NCBI GenBank assembly: GCA_042568575.1
Contig: JBHPIO010000004.1
Span: 26,522 to 90,521, forward strand
Reading direction: 5' to 3'
Length of the DNA: 64,000 nt
DNA from: Patescibacteria group bacterium
GTDB taxonomy: Bacteria; Patescibacteriota; Gracilibacteria; UBA1369; PNNO01
A program made the position numbers and the translations under genes. Below, one piece after another: positions 10,256 to 20,489 of this stretch. Numbering within the stretch: the first letter of the stretch is position 1; the number at the start of each line of letters is the position of its first letter. Below the pieces are notes generated by a model. That model was not told where the DNA came from and ran no database searches. It saw nothing but the letters and a program-made list of their open reading frames with translations.

Positions 10256-11188
10256 ATGTATAATTGGAAAATTATAGGGCACAAAAAACAGCTTGAACTT
10301 ATTGAGCATGATATTAAGTCGGACCGACTTACACATGCTTATCTTTTTACTGGCCCTTCTAGTATTGGAAAATTTTCGATTGCGAGAATGTTTGTGAATA
10401 TTTTGCAATGCCCAAATAATCTTTGCCATGAATGTCCAACGTGTATTCAGCTTGAAAAGGGAAGCCACCCAGACACGATTACTCTAAAAGCAGAAGATGG
10501 ATCTGAGTCCATAAAAATTGAGCAGGTTAGAGATATTATCGCAAAACTCAACATGACTAAGCAAAGCAAATACAAGGTTCTTCTCATAAAAAAAGCAGAG
10601 AGGTTCACTCCAGAAGCCGCAAACTGTCTTCTTAAAACACTTGAGGAGCCACCGCCACATACTGTCATTATTATGACGACCGATAATGTTCGTGAGCTTT
10701 TACCTACAATCATTTCAAGAGTTCGCTTAATCAAATTTAGTGCATATTCAAATAAATTTCTTAAAAGCAAAATGACCGAACTTTTTCCAGAAGCTAATGA
10801 AGAAACTCTCGAGCAGGTTTGTTCGCTTGCCTTAGGGAAAAGCGGGAAAGCGATTAAGCTACTCAAAAATGCAGACCTTTTAGCTTCTTACAGAACGATG
10901 TATACTATGCTCTGTGAGTTTTTAGAGCCAGCCCCTTTATATAAAAAATTCAAAGTCATAGAAGAAGTATTAGCAGAAGACAATAAAACTACGGAATTTC
11001 TTGATGTGTTTACGCATTTAGTAAGGAGCCGCTTGCATCAAGGCATTGAAAATAAAGAACTCACGACGTCCAAAAGACAGCATCTTCTCTCTTTGCTTTC
11101 TTTGATTGAGAACACACGACAGCTGTTAAAACGTAATATTAACGCCCGCCTTGCACTCGAAAATCTTGCCCTTAAAGCTTCTTTATGA
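10256..11188 (+). CDS. holB: DNA polymerase III delta' subunit
   Basis: HAYLFTGP..IGK, Zn cluster C..C..C..C, HPD, AANCLLKTLEEPP, LPTIISR. Confidence 0.9.
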   Translation: MYNWKIIGHKKQLELIEHDIKSDRLTHAYLFTGPSSIGKFSIARMFVNILQCPNNLCHECPTCIQLEKGSHPDTITLKAEDGSESIKIEQVRDIIAKLNMTKQSKYKVLLIKKAERFTPEAANCLLKTLEEPPPHTVIIMTTDNVRELLPTIISRVRLIKFSAYSNKFLKSKMTELFPEANEETLEQVCSLALGKSGKAIKLLKNADLLASYRTMYTMLCEFLEPAPLYKKFKVIEEVLAEDNKTTEFLDVFTHLVRSRLHQGIENKELTTSKRQHLLSLLSLIENTRQLLKRNINARLALENLALKASL

Positions 11189-12021
11189 AAGTAATGTGCG
11201 TATATGACCAGTTTACACGCAAAGAAATTTTAATTCCTCATCCAGATGGGGCTGAAGTGTCGCCGGGTGATTTTGCCGTATATCACGATGAAGAAAACCG
11301 TGAAAATATCGGACGGGTACATTTTGCAGACAGGGAAGAAAAGGATGAAGAAAAAATTCAGCTTAACCATTCATTTTTAAGAAAGGCAACGCCGCATGAT
11401 CAACAAAAAATGGACATGCAGAAAAGTAGTGCCGAAGAGGCTATGGAAACTTGTCGTAAAAAAGTTACAGAACATAAGTTGGATATGCAGCTTGTGTTTA
11501 CAGAATATTCGCTCGATGGAAATCGAATAAATTTTATTTTTACTGCTGATGATCGTGTTGATTTTAGAGAACTTGTGAAAGACCTTGCTAAGACTTTTCA
11601 AAAACAGATTCACTTGCAGCAAATTGGTCCGCGTGACAAAGCTCGTATGGTTACGGGAAGAGGAAAGTGCGGAAAAGGTCTTTGTTGCGGATGTTGGATG
11701 AAAAACCTTGAAAGTATAACTATGGAAATGGTTAGACTTCAATGTCTGGAGAGCAAAGGGAGCGCTAAGTTATCTGGGTGCTGTGGAAAATTGATGTGCT
11801 GCTTGAAATATGAGTCTGAGGAATATAAAAATCTTCGAAAGCAACTCCCGAAAGTTGGAAGTATTGTGAAGGTAAAAAAAGGTGAAGGAGAGGTAATTTC
11901 TCTTGATATTTTGAATCAAAAGGTTAAAGTGTTTTTCCCAGATAGAAGTTATGAATTTGTTGAGGCAAAAGACATTAAAAAAGTAATCTCAGAAAGCAAA
12001 CCTAGAATGGTTAACAAATAA
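11185..12021 (+). CDS. ricT: PSP1-domain protein RicT/YaaT
   Basis: FTADDRVDFRELVKDL, QIGPRD, G.CG..LCC, KLSGCCGKLMCCLKYE; ATGA-coupled to holB. Confidence 0.9.
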   Translation: MKVMCVYDQFTRKEILIPHPDGAEVSPGDFAVYHDEENRENIGRVHFADREEKDEEKIQLNHSFLRKATPHDQQKMDMQKSSAEEAMETCRKKVTEHKLDMQLVFTEYSLDGNRINFIFTADDRVDFRELVKDLAKTFQKQIHLQQIGPRDKARMVTGRGKCGKGLCCGCWMKNLESITMEMVRLQCLESKGSAKLSGCCGKLMCCLKYESEEYKNLRKQLPKVGSIVKVKKGEGEVISLDILNQKVKVFFPDRSYEFVEAKDIKKVISESKPRMVNK

Positions 12022-12027
12022 TTTTTT

Positions 12028-12735
12028 ATGGAAATCGTCCTACTCGTTATCGTGCTGATTCTCACTGGAATATTTGCAAGACGCTACTACCTTTCTTTTT
12101 CAAGACACGGATCAAAAAGGGAAAAACCCGCGCATAAGCAGGAAAAAATTGCTCCTCGAATTCAACAAGCACCCCGAACAACCGAGGCTAAAGTTCTTTT
12201 CAGCCAAGCAATGACTTATTTAGAAAGAGGTGAATTAGGCGAAGCAGAAACACGATTAGTAGAAGTTACAACAATAGAAAAAGACTTTAATGATGCAGGA
12301 CATAAACTCGGGCTCATCTATCTAAAAAAAGGTGAATTTGGAAAAGCAGAAGAAATATTTAAACAGTTAGTTTTAAAAGTAGAGGACGATGCAATTTATC
12401 ATAGCAATTTAGGAAGAGCACTTTATGAGCAAGAAAAATTTCAGGAAGCCCTTGGTTCATATCTAAAATCTATTGAGCTAGACGACTCAAGACCTGGAAG
12501 ATTTGTTAGTACTGCGGAAGTATATAGACTCCTGGGTGAGAAAGAAAAAGCGCAAGAAATGTACAAAAAAGCGCTTAATCTCGACCCTTCAAACATTGAA
12601 TATCTTCTAACTTTTGCACACTTCCTTATCGAAGACGAAAGATATGCAAAAGCAAGATTCTATCTCGAAAAAGTTCTCAAATTACAACCGGATAATAAAA
12701 TGGCACTTGAGATGATGAAGGAAATCAAAGACTAA
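12028..12735 (+). CDS. Membrane-anchored TPR protein
   Basis: N-terminal TM helix; repeated LG.IY...GE...A and ALNLDPSN TPR motifs. Confidence 0.8.
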   Translation: MEIVLLVIVLILTGIFARRYYLSFSRHGSKREKPAHKQEKIAPRIQQAPRTTEAKVLFSQAMTYLERGELGEAETRLVEVTTIEKDFNDAGHKLGLIYLKKGEFGKAEEIFKQLVLKVEDDAIYHSNLGRALYEQEKFQEALGSYLKSIELDDSRPGRFVSTAEVYRLLGEKEKAQEMYKKALNLDPSNIEYLLTFAHFLIEDERYAKARFYLEKVLKLQPDNKMALEMMKEIKD

Positions 12736-12736
12736 A

Positions 12737-14839
12737 TTATCCTCCTTCTTCACTAACACCCGGCCCTACAAGAACCTTTGCCGGGATGGCCTTGTAAGCA
12801 CTATAAATTGGCTCCTTAATTGTCTCTCCAGCTTTTGTTAAATGCCTATACCAAGTAGCATTAAATCCTGTGTGCCCATATTCAACTTGTCTCCTTTGCC
12901 CCGGAGCAAGCGATGATGATTCAATAATTGTAGCAGGTCCCGGATTATGATAATTCCCAAGATAAGGCCCTTCCATCTCCACACTTCGCCCATCATCTGT
13001 TCCGTAAAATTTAAAGTAGGCATTGGCTCCTTCTGTATAAGACTGAACCAAAATATGCCCAGGAGTATCATTTAAAAATTTGATGTCTCGTACGCCTGGA
13101 TAAATAGTTGCATCCAAGCCATAGCCGTATATCTGCGCATAGTACGAAACCGCATATGAATGTGGAGCTCTTTCAGTTATCGGCAGCCCCGACATTAACG
13201 CAGCGCGATACATTGTAGATGAAACCTGGCATAACCCCCCTCCATACTCTGGGATCGTTCCTTCGGCCTTTATAACAAGCTCTGGGCGATATCCTGTTGA
13301 GCCATCAACCGGTCCAAGATGTTCATTGAATGAGAATTCATCACCTGGTTTTACTAGCGCTCCATTAAACCTGTTCACTCCAACGCTTATGTTGTGTATA
13401 CGATTTGTCGGAGAGCCCGAGAAGGCGCTTCGTCCTGTTCCAATTAAAGTTTCTATCCCCAGTAGTTTTAAGTCATCAGAAATTTCAGCATGTGCTTTTT
13501 TAACAAACACGGGAATCGGCACTTCATCAAAATTATAATTTGCTGCCAGCTCAACCGCCGAAGCAAAATATTTTCTCTTAATTTCGCGTCCATTTTCCCC
13601 TTGTCCTTCAATAATAATCTCATCATTTTCGTCTTTATAAATATTTACATCCTGTGCCTCAACTTCAACAAGCGGGGCAATTTCCTCTTCCACATACGCA
13701 ATAAAAGGGCTGTATTTGATGTTTATCCAAAGCTTTTGCTCAATCGAAAGTGACTCTGGAAGTTCGCCTGCAGATTCTTCCAACAAATCTATCGGAGCAG
13801 ACAAGTCTTCTCCAACATGAAGTGTATTTTTATAATCAAAAGTAACCCAATCAACATGATCAATAAGACGAATATCAAATTCCCAATAATCATAAGTTAA
13901 AGCAATAGTTTCATATAAGGTTGCTGTGATTTCTTCAAATCTTTCTTCCAAAAGTGCTTGCGTAACTAAGGGTTTTCTATGAACTGTTTTCACCATAATC
14001 GGCTCAGACGAAAGTTGTCCTGCGCTTAGTTTGATATCTTGATAAAGCTGACGGATATCGATATCCTCCCCTTCTTTTTCGGCAACTATAATTAACTCCC
14101 CTTCTTCACCAAATGAAAGGTATGCATTCTTTGCTTTCTGGTCATCAAAATCAAAACGGCTTTCAATAGTCTCGGCAGCTTGATTCACGTCTACAGAAAC
14201 ATAGAATGGAATTTCTTGACCACCCCAAAGAGAAGTCAAAATCTTAAATAAATTAGTATTTTCAAATTTTACAAAATGCACCTCTTGTAGTGTGTGCCTC
14301 GGCAAAAGAGAAATCCCTAGTTCGGATGGCAAAAATTCCTGACTCTCGTCTCCAAGTGCAACTCGGATAGGAGTTTCTAAAAACGGCTGACCTTTTTCCA
14401 TTAATCTTTCCTGAATTTCATCCAAGGTAAGAGTTCCCACTTCAACTCCTGCAATTCTCGTCCCGGGAAGGGCTTTCCCAAGCAGCGAATATGTAATAAC
14501 CGCAGACGATAATTGATAAATAATAAACAGAGCCAGCGCCCCGGATACAACAATAATCGGCGTACGAAAATCTTTTGATAATTTCTTTTTAAAACTTTTT
14601 CGAACCTTTTTAAACCACTTTCGCCTTGGCGACTCTTTAATATGAAACAGTTTTGCCGGAGCTTTGGGCTGCTTCTTTTTAGGTTTACTTTTCTTTTTAG
14701 AAGAAGTTTTCGCAGCGCCTTTCGCAGGCTTCTTAGTCTTTTTTTGAGCATGCTGAGATTTAGCCGAAGCTTGCTTTTTCTTAGCAGATGCTTCCGCCTT
14801 ACCTTTTGGGTGAACCTTTTTCTTTTTCTTCTTAGCCAT
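12737..14839 (-). CDS. VanW-family protein with putative peptidoglycan-binding region
   Basis: Lys-rich N-terminus and TM, then NRIHNI, PG..FSFN, YGGGLCQVSSTMYRAAL..GL...ER.PHS, GLDATIY. Confidence 0.85.
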   Translation of the reverse strand: MAKKKKKKVHPKGKAEASAKKKQASAKSQHAQKKTKKPAKGAAKTSSKKKSKPKKKQPKAPAKLFHIKESPRRKWFKKVRKSFKKKLSKDFRTPIIVVSGALALFIIYQLSSAVITYSLLGKALPGTRIAGVEVGTLTLDEIQERLMEKGQPFLETPIRVALGDESQEFLPSELGISLLPRHTLQEVHFVKFENTNLFKILTSLWGGQEIPFYVSVDVNQAAETIESRFDFDDQKAKNAYLSFGEEGELIIVAEKEGEDIDIRQLYQDIKLSAGQLSSEPIMVKTVHRKPLVTQALLEERFEEITATLYETIALTYDYWEFDIRLIDHVDWVTFDYKNTLHVGEDLSAPIDLLEESAGELPESLSIEQKLWINIKYSPFIAYVEEEIAPLVEVEAQDVNIYKDENDEIIIEGQGENGREIKRKYFASAVELAANYNFDEVPIPVFVKKAHAEISDDLKLLGIETLIGTGRSAFSGSPTNRIHNISVGVNRFNGALVKPGDEFSFNEHLGPVDGSTGYRPELVIKAEGTIPEYGGGLCQVSSTMYRAALMSGLPITERAPHSYAVSYYAQIYGYGLDATIYPGVRDIKFLNDTPGHILVQSYTEGANAYFKFYGTDDGRSVEMEGPYLGNYHNPGPATIIESSSLAPGQRRQVEYGHTGFNATWYRHLTKAGETIKEPIYSAYKAIPAKVLVGPGVSEEGG

Positions 14840-14880
14840 AAAATGGAGGTAACCAAGAAAGCTAGCTCATTCTAACGTAA

Positions 14881-15147
14881 TTATCGATTCTTTTTAAGAG
14901 CTTTTTTAATATATTTCCAAACCTTACTACCTTGTTTTTTTGCTTCCTGTTTAGCATCTTCGATTTCACCTCCGTGTTTTTCGATAAATTTATTTTTTGC
15001 CTCAATAATATCTTGCCTGGTTTCTTTCCCAGATTTTGGAGCAACTGTAATTCCAACAACAGAACCAATGGCTCCACCAATAATCGCCCCCATAACCACT
15101 TTATCCACCATGCCTTTTTTCTTCTTTTCTTTCTTTTTTCCGAACAT
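14881..15147 (-). CDS. YtxH-domain protein
   Basis: GAIIGGAIGSVVGITVAPKSGKETRQDI. Confidence 0.8.
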   Translation of the reverse strand: MFGKKKEKKKKGMVDKVVMGAIIGGAIGSVVGITVAPKSGKETRQDIIEAKNKFIEKHGGEIEDAKQEAKKQGSKVWKYIKKALKKNR

Positions 15148-15167
15148 AAAGATGTAGTTAAATTAGT

Positions 15168-16697
15168 CTATTTGGCAAAGTCCACAGCACGAGTTCTTCG
15201 AATAACATTCACTTTGATTTTTCCTGGATAGCTTAATTTGTTTTCAATTTTTTCAGCAATTCCTTCTGCAAGGTCATCCATTTTTTCATCTGTAACTTCT
15301 TCAGGCGAAACCATAACACGCACTTCACGACCCGCTGATATTGCAAAAGTTTTCTGAACCCCTTCAAAAGAAGTGGCTATTTCTTCAAGACCACGCAAAC
15401 GCTCAAGATAGCGCTCTAGAGATTCTTGCCTTGCTCCTGGGCGTCCTGCCGAGATTGCATCCGCAGCCATCACAAGTCTTGCTTCCGGAGTTTCTGGAGT
15501 TGCAGCTTCATGGTGAGTCCACGCAGCATGTATTTCTGCTTCTGAAAATTTAAATTTAGTCATAATCTCACGTGTAAGCACGTCGTGAGAACCTTCCATA
15601 TGTTGATCAATCGCCTTTCCAATATCGTGGAAGAATGCGGCTATTTTTGCTGTTTCTACATCAAGTCCAAGTTCGCTCGCAAGCAACTCAGCCATGTATG
15701 CAACTTCAAATGAATGAAGAAGGATATTTTGACCATAACTCGTTCTATATTTAAGTCGTCCAATAATTTTCAATAAATCTGACGGGAATTTACGTTTGAA
15801 TCTCATCTTTTTAACAGCCTTTTCTCCAACACTCAAAAGATCCTGACTCAAAATTTTCTTTGCAGAATCAATCGAATCTCGAATCGCCTTTTCATCAACA
15901 CGTCTAAGTTTAACCAGCTTCTCAAGCGCAATTCGTGCCACATTTTTCTTAAGAAGATCAAAGGTCGAAACCACAATTGTATTTGGTTCGTCATTAAAAA
16001 TTACATCGACGTTCATAAGCTCCTCGAAAAGTAGAATGTTTTTCGCGTTTGGCCCTACGATTCGCGCTTTTGCATCATCGTGTTTTACAACTATTTTTGC
16101 CTCTTTTTTCTCTACAGATGTTCTATCGGTAAATTTTTGAAGTGCACCTTTGATGATATTTTTAGCAGATTTTTCTGCTTGTTCTTTTGCATGGTCGATT
16201 ATCTTTTTTGCCTGCTCTGCTGTGTCTTCTTTTAGCTCTCTTTCAAATTGGTCAACCAGCTTGTCGGTAATCTCTTTAATGGTTACCCCAACTCTTGAGG
16301 CAAGTCTTTGCTTAAGCAAACCCTCACGCTCTTGTTGCTTAAGGCCTGACTTGGAAACTTCTTCTTCAACCTGCTCAATAAATTCCCGATATTGCTTATT
16401 TTTGTTCTTTTTCTTTGCGTAAGTATCTTCTTTAAATTTAAGGTTTTTTTCGATCGTGTTGATAAGTGTTTTCATCTGCTTAAGCATGCCTTCTGTCGAC
16501 TCTTTAACATTAAAGGCATTTTCTTCCGCATCCTTGTTAATTTTCTCCGCCTCCTCTTTACTCTTTGCAAGCATTTTTTCGCTTTTCTCCTTAGTTTTAT
16601 CCAGATCGATAAATTTCAGTTTTCGAAAAACAGCTTGGCTCACAATGCCGCCAAGGAGCATAGCTCCCGCTATTATTAATATATTAGTTAAGGTCAT
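15168..16697 (-). CDS. rny: Ribonuclease Y
   Basis: N-terminal TM, coiled coil, KH-like region, YRTSYGQNILLHS.EVA, HDIGKA, ADAISAGRPGAR, AGREVRV. Confidence 0.92.
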   Translation of the reverse strand: MTLTNILIIAGAMLLGGIVSQAVFRKLKFIDLDKTKEKSEKMLAKSKEEAEKINKDAEENAFNVKESTEGMLKQMKTLINTIEKNLKFKEDTYAKKKNKNKQYREFIEQVEEEVSKSGLKQQEREGLLKQRLASRVGVTIKEITDKLVDQFERELKEDTAEQAKKIIDHAKEQAEKSAKNIIKGALQKFTDRTSVEKKEAKIVVKHDDAKARIVGPNAKNILLFEELMNVDVIFNDEPNTIVVSTFDLLKKNVARIALEKLVKLRRVDEKAIRDSIDSAKKILSQDLLSVGEKAVKKMRFKRKFPSDLLKIIGRLKYRTSYGQNILLHSFEVAYMAELLASELGLDVETAKIAAFFHDIGKAIDQHMEGSHDVLTREIMTKFKFSEAEIHAAWTHHEAATPETPEARLVMAADAISAGRPGARQESLERYLERLRGLEEIATSFEGVQKTFAISAGREVRVMVSPEEVTDEKMDDLAEGIAEKIENKLSYPGKIKVNVIRRTRAVDFAK

Positions 16698-16761
16698 AAT
16701 TATTATTAATTCGTCTGGATGATATTGTACATCAAGTAGGCAAAAGTATAAATCTTTTGTT

Positions 16762-17172
16762 TTATGTTATGTCGATTACTTCATATTCAACATAATCGCT
16801 TATTCCTTCAATGTCCGTTGATTCCTCTGCATCTTTCGCCCATTCTTCCAATTTTCTTCCTACTTCAACCCAAAGAGCATGGCCACGATAAGGCAATTGT
16901 AAGTCGAAATGCCCACCGGATTCCGAGTCAAATTCCGGCATATGCATAACTTCTCCGTCCGTCTCAAGATAAGCTCTTCCAAGGCATATGAAAATCGCAT
17001 CGACGATTTGCCTTTTTTTAACAGAGTAAGTGGCTATTTGTGATTCATCAACAACTCGCATAGCCTGTTCAAATTCTCTCGTAATTCCAAACAATTCTAG
17101 ACTAAGCATTGTAAGCTGCGTTCTAAATCTTGCATAATCAAATTTTTTCGGTTGTGGCTCTATCTCTGACAT
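16762..17172 (-). CDS. Hypothetical acidic protein
   Basis: ATG at 17172, downstream of a consensus promoter; no recognisable family. Confidence 0.6.
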   Translation of the reverse strand: MSEIEPQPKKFDYARFRTQLTMLSLELFGITREFEQAMRVVDESQIATYSVKKRQIVDAIFICLGRAYLETDGEVMHMPEFDSESGGHFDLQLPYRGHALWVEVGRKLEEWAKDAEESTDIEGISDYVEYEVIDIT

Positions 17173-17201
17173 CTTCAAATATTATATAAAACAAGGGCTT
17201 A

Positions 17202-17229
17202 ATTATAACGGTTATCCCACACCTGTCAA
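17202..17229 (-). promoter_or_regulatory. sigma70 promoter
   Basis: TTGACA-16 bp-TATAAT on the minus strand. Confidence 0.75.
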
Positions 17230-17298
17230 TTTACAGATGTACATATGCCCTGATATGCTTACGATGACTTTATTCTGCGTGTTTATCTCCTAACCCAT

Positions 17299-17688
17299 AT
17301 GTTCATGGAGACTACCCTCTTTATAGCTCAGATTCTTGCTGTAGCTTTGTTCGTACTTGGGGCTAGTGTGTTTTTTAACAGCCGGTATTACTCAAAAGTA
17401 TACGGCGACATAATGAAAAACACCGCTCTGCTTTTTGTTACAAGTCTTGTAATCCTAGTTGTTAGTACCGTAATTATCCTCGTTCATAATGTTTGGGAAT
17501 GGCAATGGTACGTGCTTATTACCATTGTTGGTTGGGGAGGCCTTGTTAAGGCGTTCTTGCTTCTTATTTTTCCAAAGCAGACAGTGAAAATGTTTGGCGG
17601 AATGGTTAAAAGCAAAATGTTACTCATGTTTGGCGGATTAGTTGCAGTTGTAATCGGTGTTATACTTGGATACTTTTCGTTTCTTTAA
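17299..17688 (+). CDS. Small 4-TM membrane protein (paralog of 18381-18764)
   Basis: Four hydrophobic helices; HNVWEWQWYVLITIVGW.GLVK..LLLIFPK. Confidence 0.75.
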   Translation: MFMETTLFIAQILAVALFVLGASVFFNSRYYSKVYGDIMKNTALLFVTSLVILVVSTVIILVHNVWEWQWYVLITIVGWGGLVKAFLLLIFPKQTVKMFGGMVKSKMLLMFGGLVAVVIGVILGYFSFL

Positions 17689-18306
17689 ATGAAATTTAAA
17701 ACAGCTCGTCAAAAAAAATTTGTGAATATTGCAAAATATTTAATCCTGATTTTGGCGGGCTGGTTTTTTGTTCATTCCACAATTATCATCATTGATGGCT
17801 TAAACGACAACATAAATCAAGCGGACACAATTGTAATTTTCGGAAATAAAGTTGAGACAAACGGACTTCCCTCTGCAAGGCTTCAAAGTAGATTGGTTAA
17901 GGGGATTGAATTATACGATCAAAATTATGCACCTATCATTATTGTTAGTGGCGGTTTTGGGAAAGAAGGGTTTGATGAGGCCACAGTTATGAAAGACTAT
18001 TTGTCGGATAATGGTGTTCCGGAAGAAAATATTATTGTAGATAGCGATGGAAACAACACTTATCAAACAGCAAAAAATGTAAAAAGAATAATGGAAACCC
18101 AAAATATGACCTCAGTAATTATAGTTACTCAGTATTACCATGTCGCGCGCGCAAGGTTGGCATTTAAAAAGTTTGGAATCGAAAATGTTTATTCGGCACA
18201 TGCGCTTATGCCTCCTGAGCTGCGGGATCCTTATTCGATTTTTAGAGAATTTGTAGGGTATTACGCTTATCTGTTTAAAAATTATGACGACACCACAGGA
18301 ACGTAG
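17689..18306 (+). CDS. YdcF/ElyC/SanA (DUF218) family protein
   Basis: IVIFG, RL..GIELY, IIVSGG, EATVMKDYL...GVP, NTYQTA, VTQYYHVARA, RE. Confidence 0.88.
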   Translation: MKFKTARQKKFVNIAKYLILILAGWFFVHSTIIIIDGLNDNINQADTIVIFGNKVETNGLPSARLQSRLVKGIELYDQNYAPIIIVSGGFGKEGFDEATVMKDYLSDNGVPEENIIVDSDGNNTYQTAKNVKRIMETQNMTSVIIVTQYYHVARARLAFKKFGIENVYSAHALMPPELRDPYSIFREFVGYYAYLFKNYDDTTGT

Positions 18307-18380
18307 GCTTCCTTCACAGAAAATAAAAGGTGTGATACCATTTAACAAATATACCAAGCCATATTATTAACCTTAATTAT

Positions 18381-18764
18381 ATGGAGCTTTCTATCCTCGT
18401 TGCCAAGCTTTACGGTGCTGTGTGTTTAGCGCTCGGTCTTGGTCTCCTTTTCAATGCGGGCTATTACAAAAAAGCCTTCGGCGACATGCTGAAAAGCAAA
18501 GCTTACGTCTTTATGGGCGGTGCTTTTGCGCTTGTAGTAGGTCTTTTACTCGTTATGTATCACAATGTCTGGGAATGGCAATGGTACGTTATTATCACCA
18601 TCATTGGTTGGATAGCACTTGTAAAAGGTGTTTTGCTTCTTGTTTTCCCAAAGTTCGCAAACATGTTTGACTCTTGGTTCAAAAACAACAGCTTCCTTAT
18701 GGTTATGGGAGTTGGATCGTTGATTCTGGGAGGCGTACTCACTTATTTCGGGTGGTTCGCGTAA
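18381..18764 (+). CDS. Small 4-TM membrane protein (paralog of 17299-17688)
   Basis: HNVWEWQWYVIITIIGWIALVKGVLLLVFPK. Confidence 0.78.
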   Translation: MELSILVAKLYGAVCLALGLGLLFNAGYYKKAFGDMLKSKAYVFMGGAFALVVGLLLVMYHNVWEWQWYVIITIIGWIALVKGVLLLVFPKFANMFDSWFKNNSFLMVMGVGSLILGGVLTYFGWFA

Positions 18765-18785
18765 ATTCTGATTGATATGAAAATC

Positions 18786-18822
18786 AAGCCGGCACTTCTT
18801 TCTAGAGGGGTGTCGGTTTTTT
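18786..18822 (+). terminator. Intrinsic terminator between convergent genes
   Basis: AAGCCGGCAC/GTGTCGGTTT stem followed by a T tract. Confidence 0.7.
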
Positions 18823-19555
18823 AGACAGCAATCTCATATTGTAGCTCTATAACTTTCTCAAAATCTTCAAAAGTTCCGGGTCTTGTACATACTTGTTCTA
18901 AGAATTCTGCAGCCTCTGGCTTAAAACCTATCGCTTCAAACACTTCTTTTCTCGCAATATTCGCCAGAGTTGAACACTCAACAATATCTTGTACCGCCAT
19001 TATTGCTCGCTGACCTTGCGCACCATCAAGTTCCTTCTTTAACCCTACCAACCTCTGAAATTCTACTGGATCGTCAACACCTAAAGCCGTTAAATCAATC
19101 TCGATTATCGGCAATTCCGGAAGCTCTCCAGATGAAGGCTGAATCAAAGCTGCCTGAGTTGTTTGTTCGAATATTTTCGCAGCAATAAGATTACTCAGAT
19201 GGCGTCCTGTTGCCTCGGGATATTTGTTGCGTCCTATGGTGACAATATCTCTGTCTTGAGGCCCATACATTTTTATGGCGCTATGAAAATTTTCTAGTAC
19301 CTCTATGTCACCGTCGCTTTCGATAAACTCTCGAGCTACTGCTTCAGCCAATTTGATGAGCTCCTGCTCGATCGCATAGTCAATTAACTCAGCCTCGCTC
19401 ATGTCCTCCGCCCCTGGCACTTCTTGATACTTCTCTCTCAAATCAGAAGCCTTTTCTCCAACATCCATACTTTTAATTTCTTCACAGCATGTGATTACTA
19501 ATTCTTCCAGTCTATCGCTTAATTCAATTACAGGCATTTGTTCAGTATCGCTCAT
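18821..19555 (-). CDS. Hypothetical acidic helical protein
   Basis: Long ORF, probable ATG 19555 (MSDTEQ), TTGACA at 19607-19612 upstream; no family recognised. Confidence 0.65.
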   Translation of the reverse strand: MSDTEQMPVIELSDRLEELVITCCEEIKSMDVGEKASDLREKYQEVPGAEDMSEAELIDYAIEQELIKLAEAVAREFIESDGDIEVLENFHSAIKMYGPQDRDIVTIGRNKYPEATGRHLSNLIAAKIFEQTTQAALIQPSSGELPELPIIEIDLTALGVDDPVEFQRLVGLKKELDGAQGQRAIMAVQDIVECSTLANIARKEVFEAIGFKPEAAEFLEQVCTRPGTFEDFEKVIELQYEIAV

Positions 19556-19635
19556 TTTTAAATTTGTTAAAAATAGGAAGCCATTATTACCATTTTTGTA
19601 AGTTTGTGTCAAAAATTTTGGAACATTAAAGAAAG

Positions 19636-20229
19636 CTATGCAGCCTTAGTGTATACTAGCTCGGTATCATTTTCTTGAAAACCTGCTGCAATTAACTCTT
19701 CTCGGAAATCAGGTGACGCATTCCAGGAAATTAAAAATTCTCCAGAAGCAACGACCCTATGCACAGCTAAACAAACAGCTTTTATAATTTTTTTTGGTTC
19801 CAAAGTTTTGTATGTGCGAATATTTTCACGACAAAAAAGCATGGCCTGTGCAACTATAGCGCTATCTGGGGCTTGTGATTTGAGAAATTGCAATGCGTCT
19901 TGCTTTATATATCTAACATTAGTATTTCCAATTTTCGTCTGATCAAAAGGAGGATCTTCAAATAAATCTACTCCAATATATTCTTTTGCTTGGCTGTCTA
20001 TACAATAATCACGAAAAAGCGTACATCTTCCTGATCCTAATTCTATTATCCGTTTGTCTTTAAGACGTGCTGGAATCCCTTCGTATTTCAAAAGATTTCT
20101 AACTGTACTCCATGTGTCCATTCTAGTTTTTCCATCCAAGGATAAAGCGTTTAATCCCCCTTCGTCGCTGTCATTATATTCCCACGCAAAACCTGGAGCT
20201 TCACCGCTATATGGATCACCATCTACCAT
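19636..20229 (-). CDS. Class I SAM-dependent methyltransferase-like protein
   Basis: IIELGSGR motif I, YIGVDL motif II, QDALQFL; probable ATG 20229. Confidence 0.6.
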   Translation of the reverse strand: MVDGDPYSGEAPGFAWEYNDSDEGGLNALSLDGKTRMDTWSTVRNLLKYEGIPARLKDKRIIELGSGRCTLFRDYCIDSQAKEYIGVDLFEDPPFDQTKIGNTNVRYIKQDALQFLKSQAPDSAIVAQAMLFCRENIRTYKTLEPKKIIKAVCLAVHRVVASGEFLISWNASPDFREELIAAGFQENDTELVYTKAA

Positions 20230-20312
20230 AAAACTTATATTAACAAAAAGGTTAATAATTTGCCACAAAAACCGCGCTGTGTCAAACGACTTCCTTAAGA
20301 GGTATGGGCTGC

Positions 20313-20426
20313 ATTGAATTATCAGCTCAAACAAGCCATTTGGTGGACCAAGGCCAAAATTTTTGGAACTCGTTTAATGAAGCGGTTGTTGAGTGGCTGC
20401 CTTTAGTGAGAAAACTTAACGAATAG
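20313..20426 (+). pseudogene. Possible C-terminal remnant of a tRNA/tmRNA-targeting recombinase
   Basis: Reads IELSAQTSHLVDQGQNFWNSFNEAVVEWLPLVRKLNE* and contains ATTTGGTGGA, a copy of the tmRNA 3' junction. The resemblance to recombinase tails is from recall, not a search. Confidence 0.35.
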
Positions 20427-20460
20427 TATTTAACCTTAGCAGTAAAAGATGGCGCAAGAG

Positions 20461-20489
20461 TTGACAAAGGCGCTTGGTTGCCGTATAGT
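20461..20489 (+). promoter_or_regulatory. sigma70 promoter of unit A
   Basis: TTGACA-17 bp-TATAGT. Confidence 0.75.
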
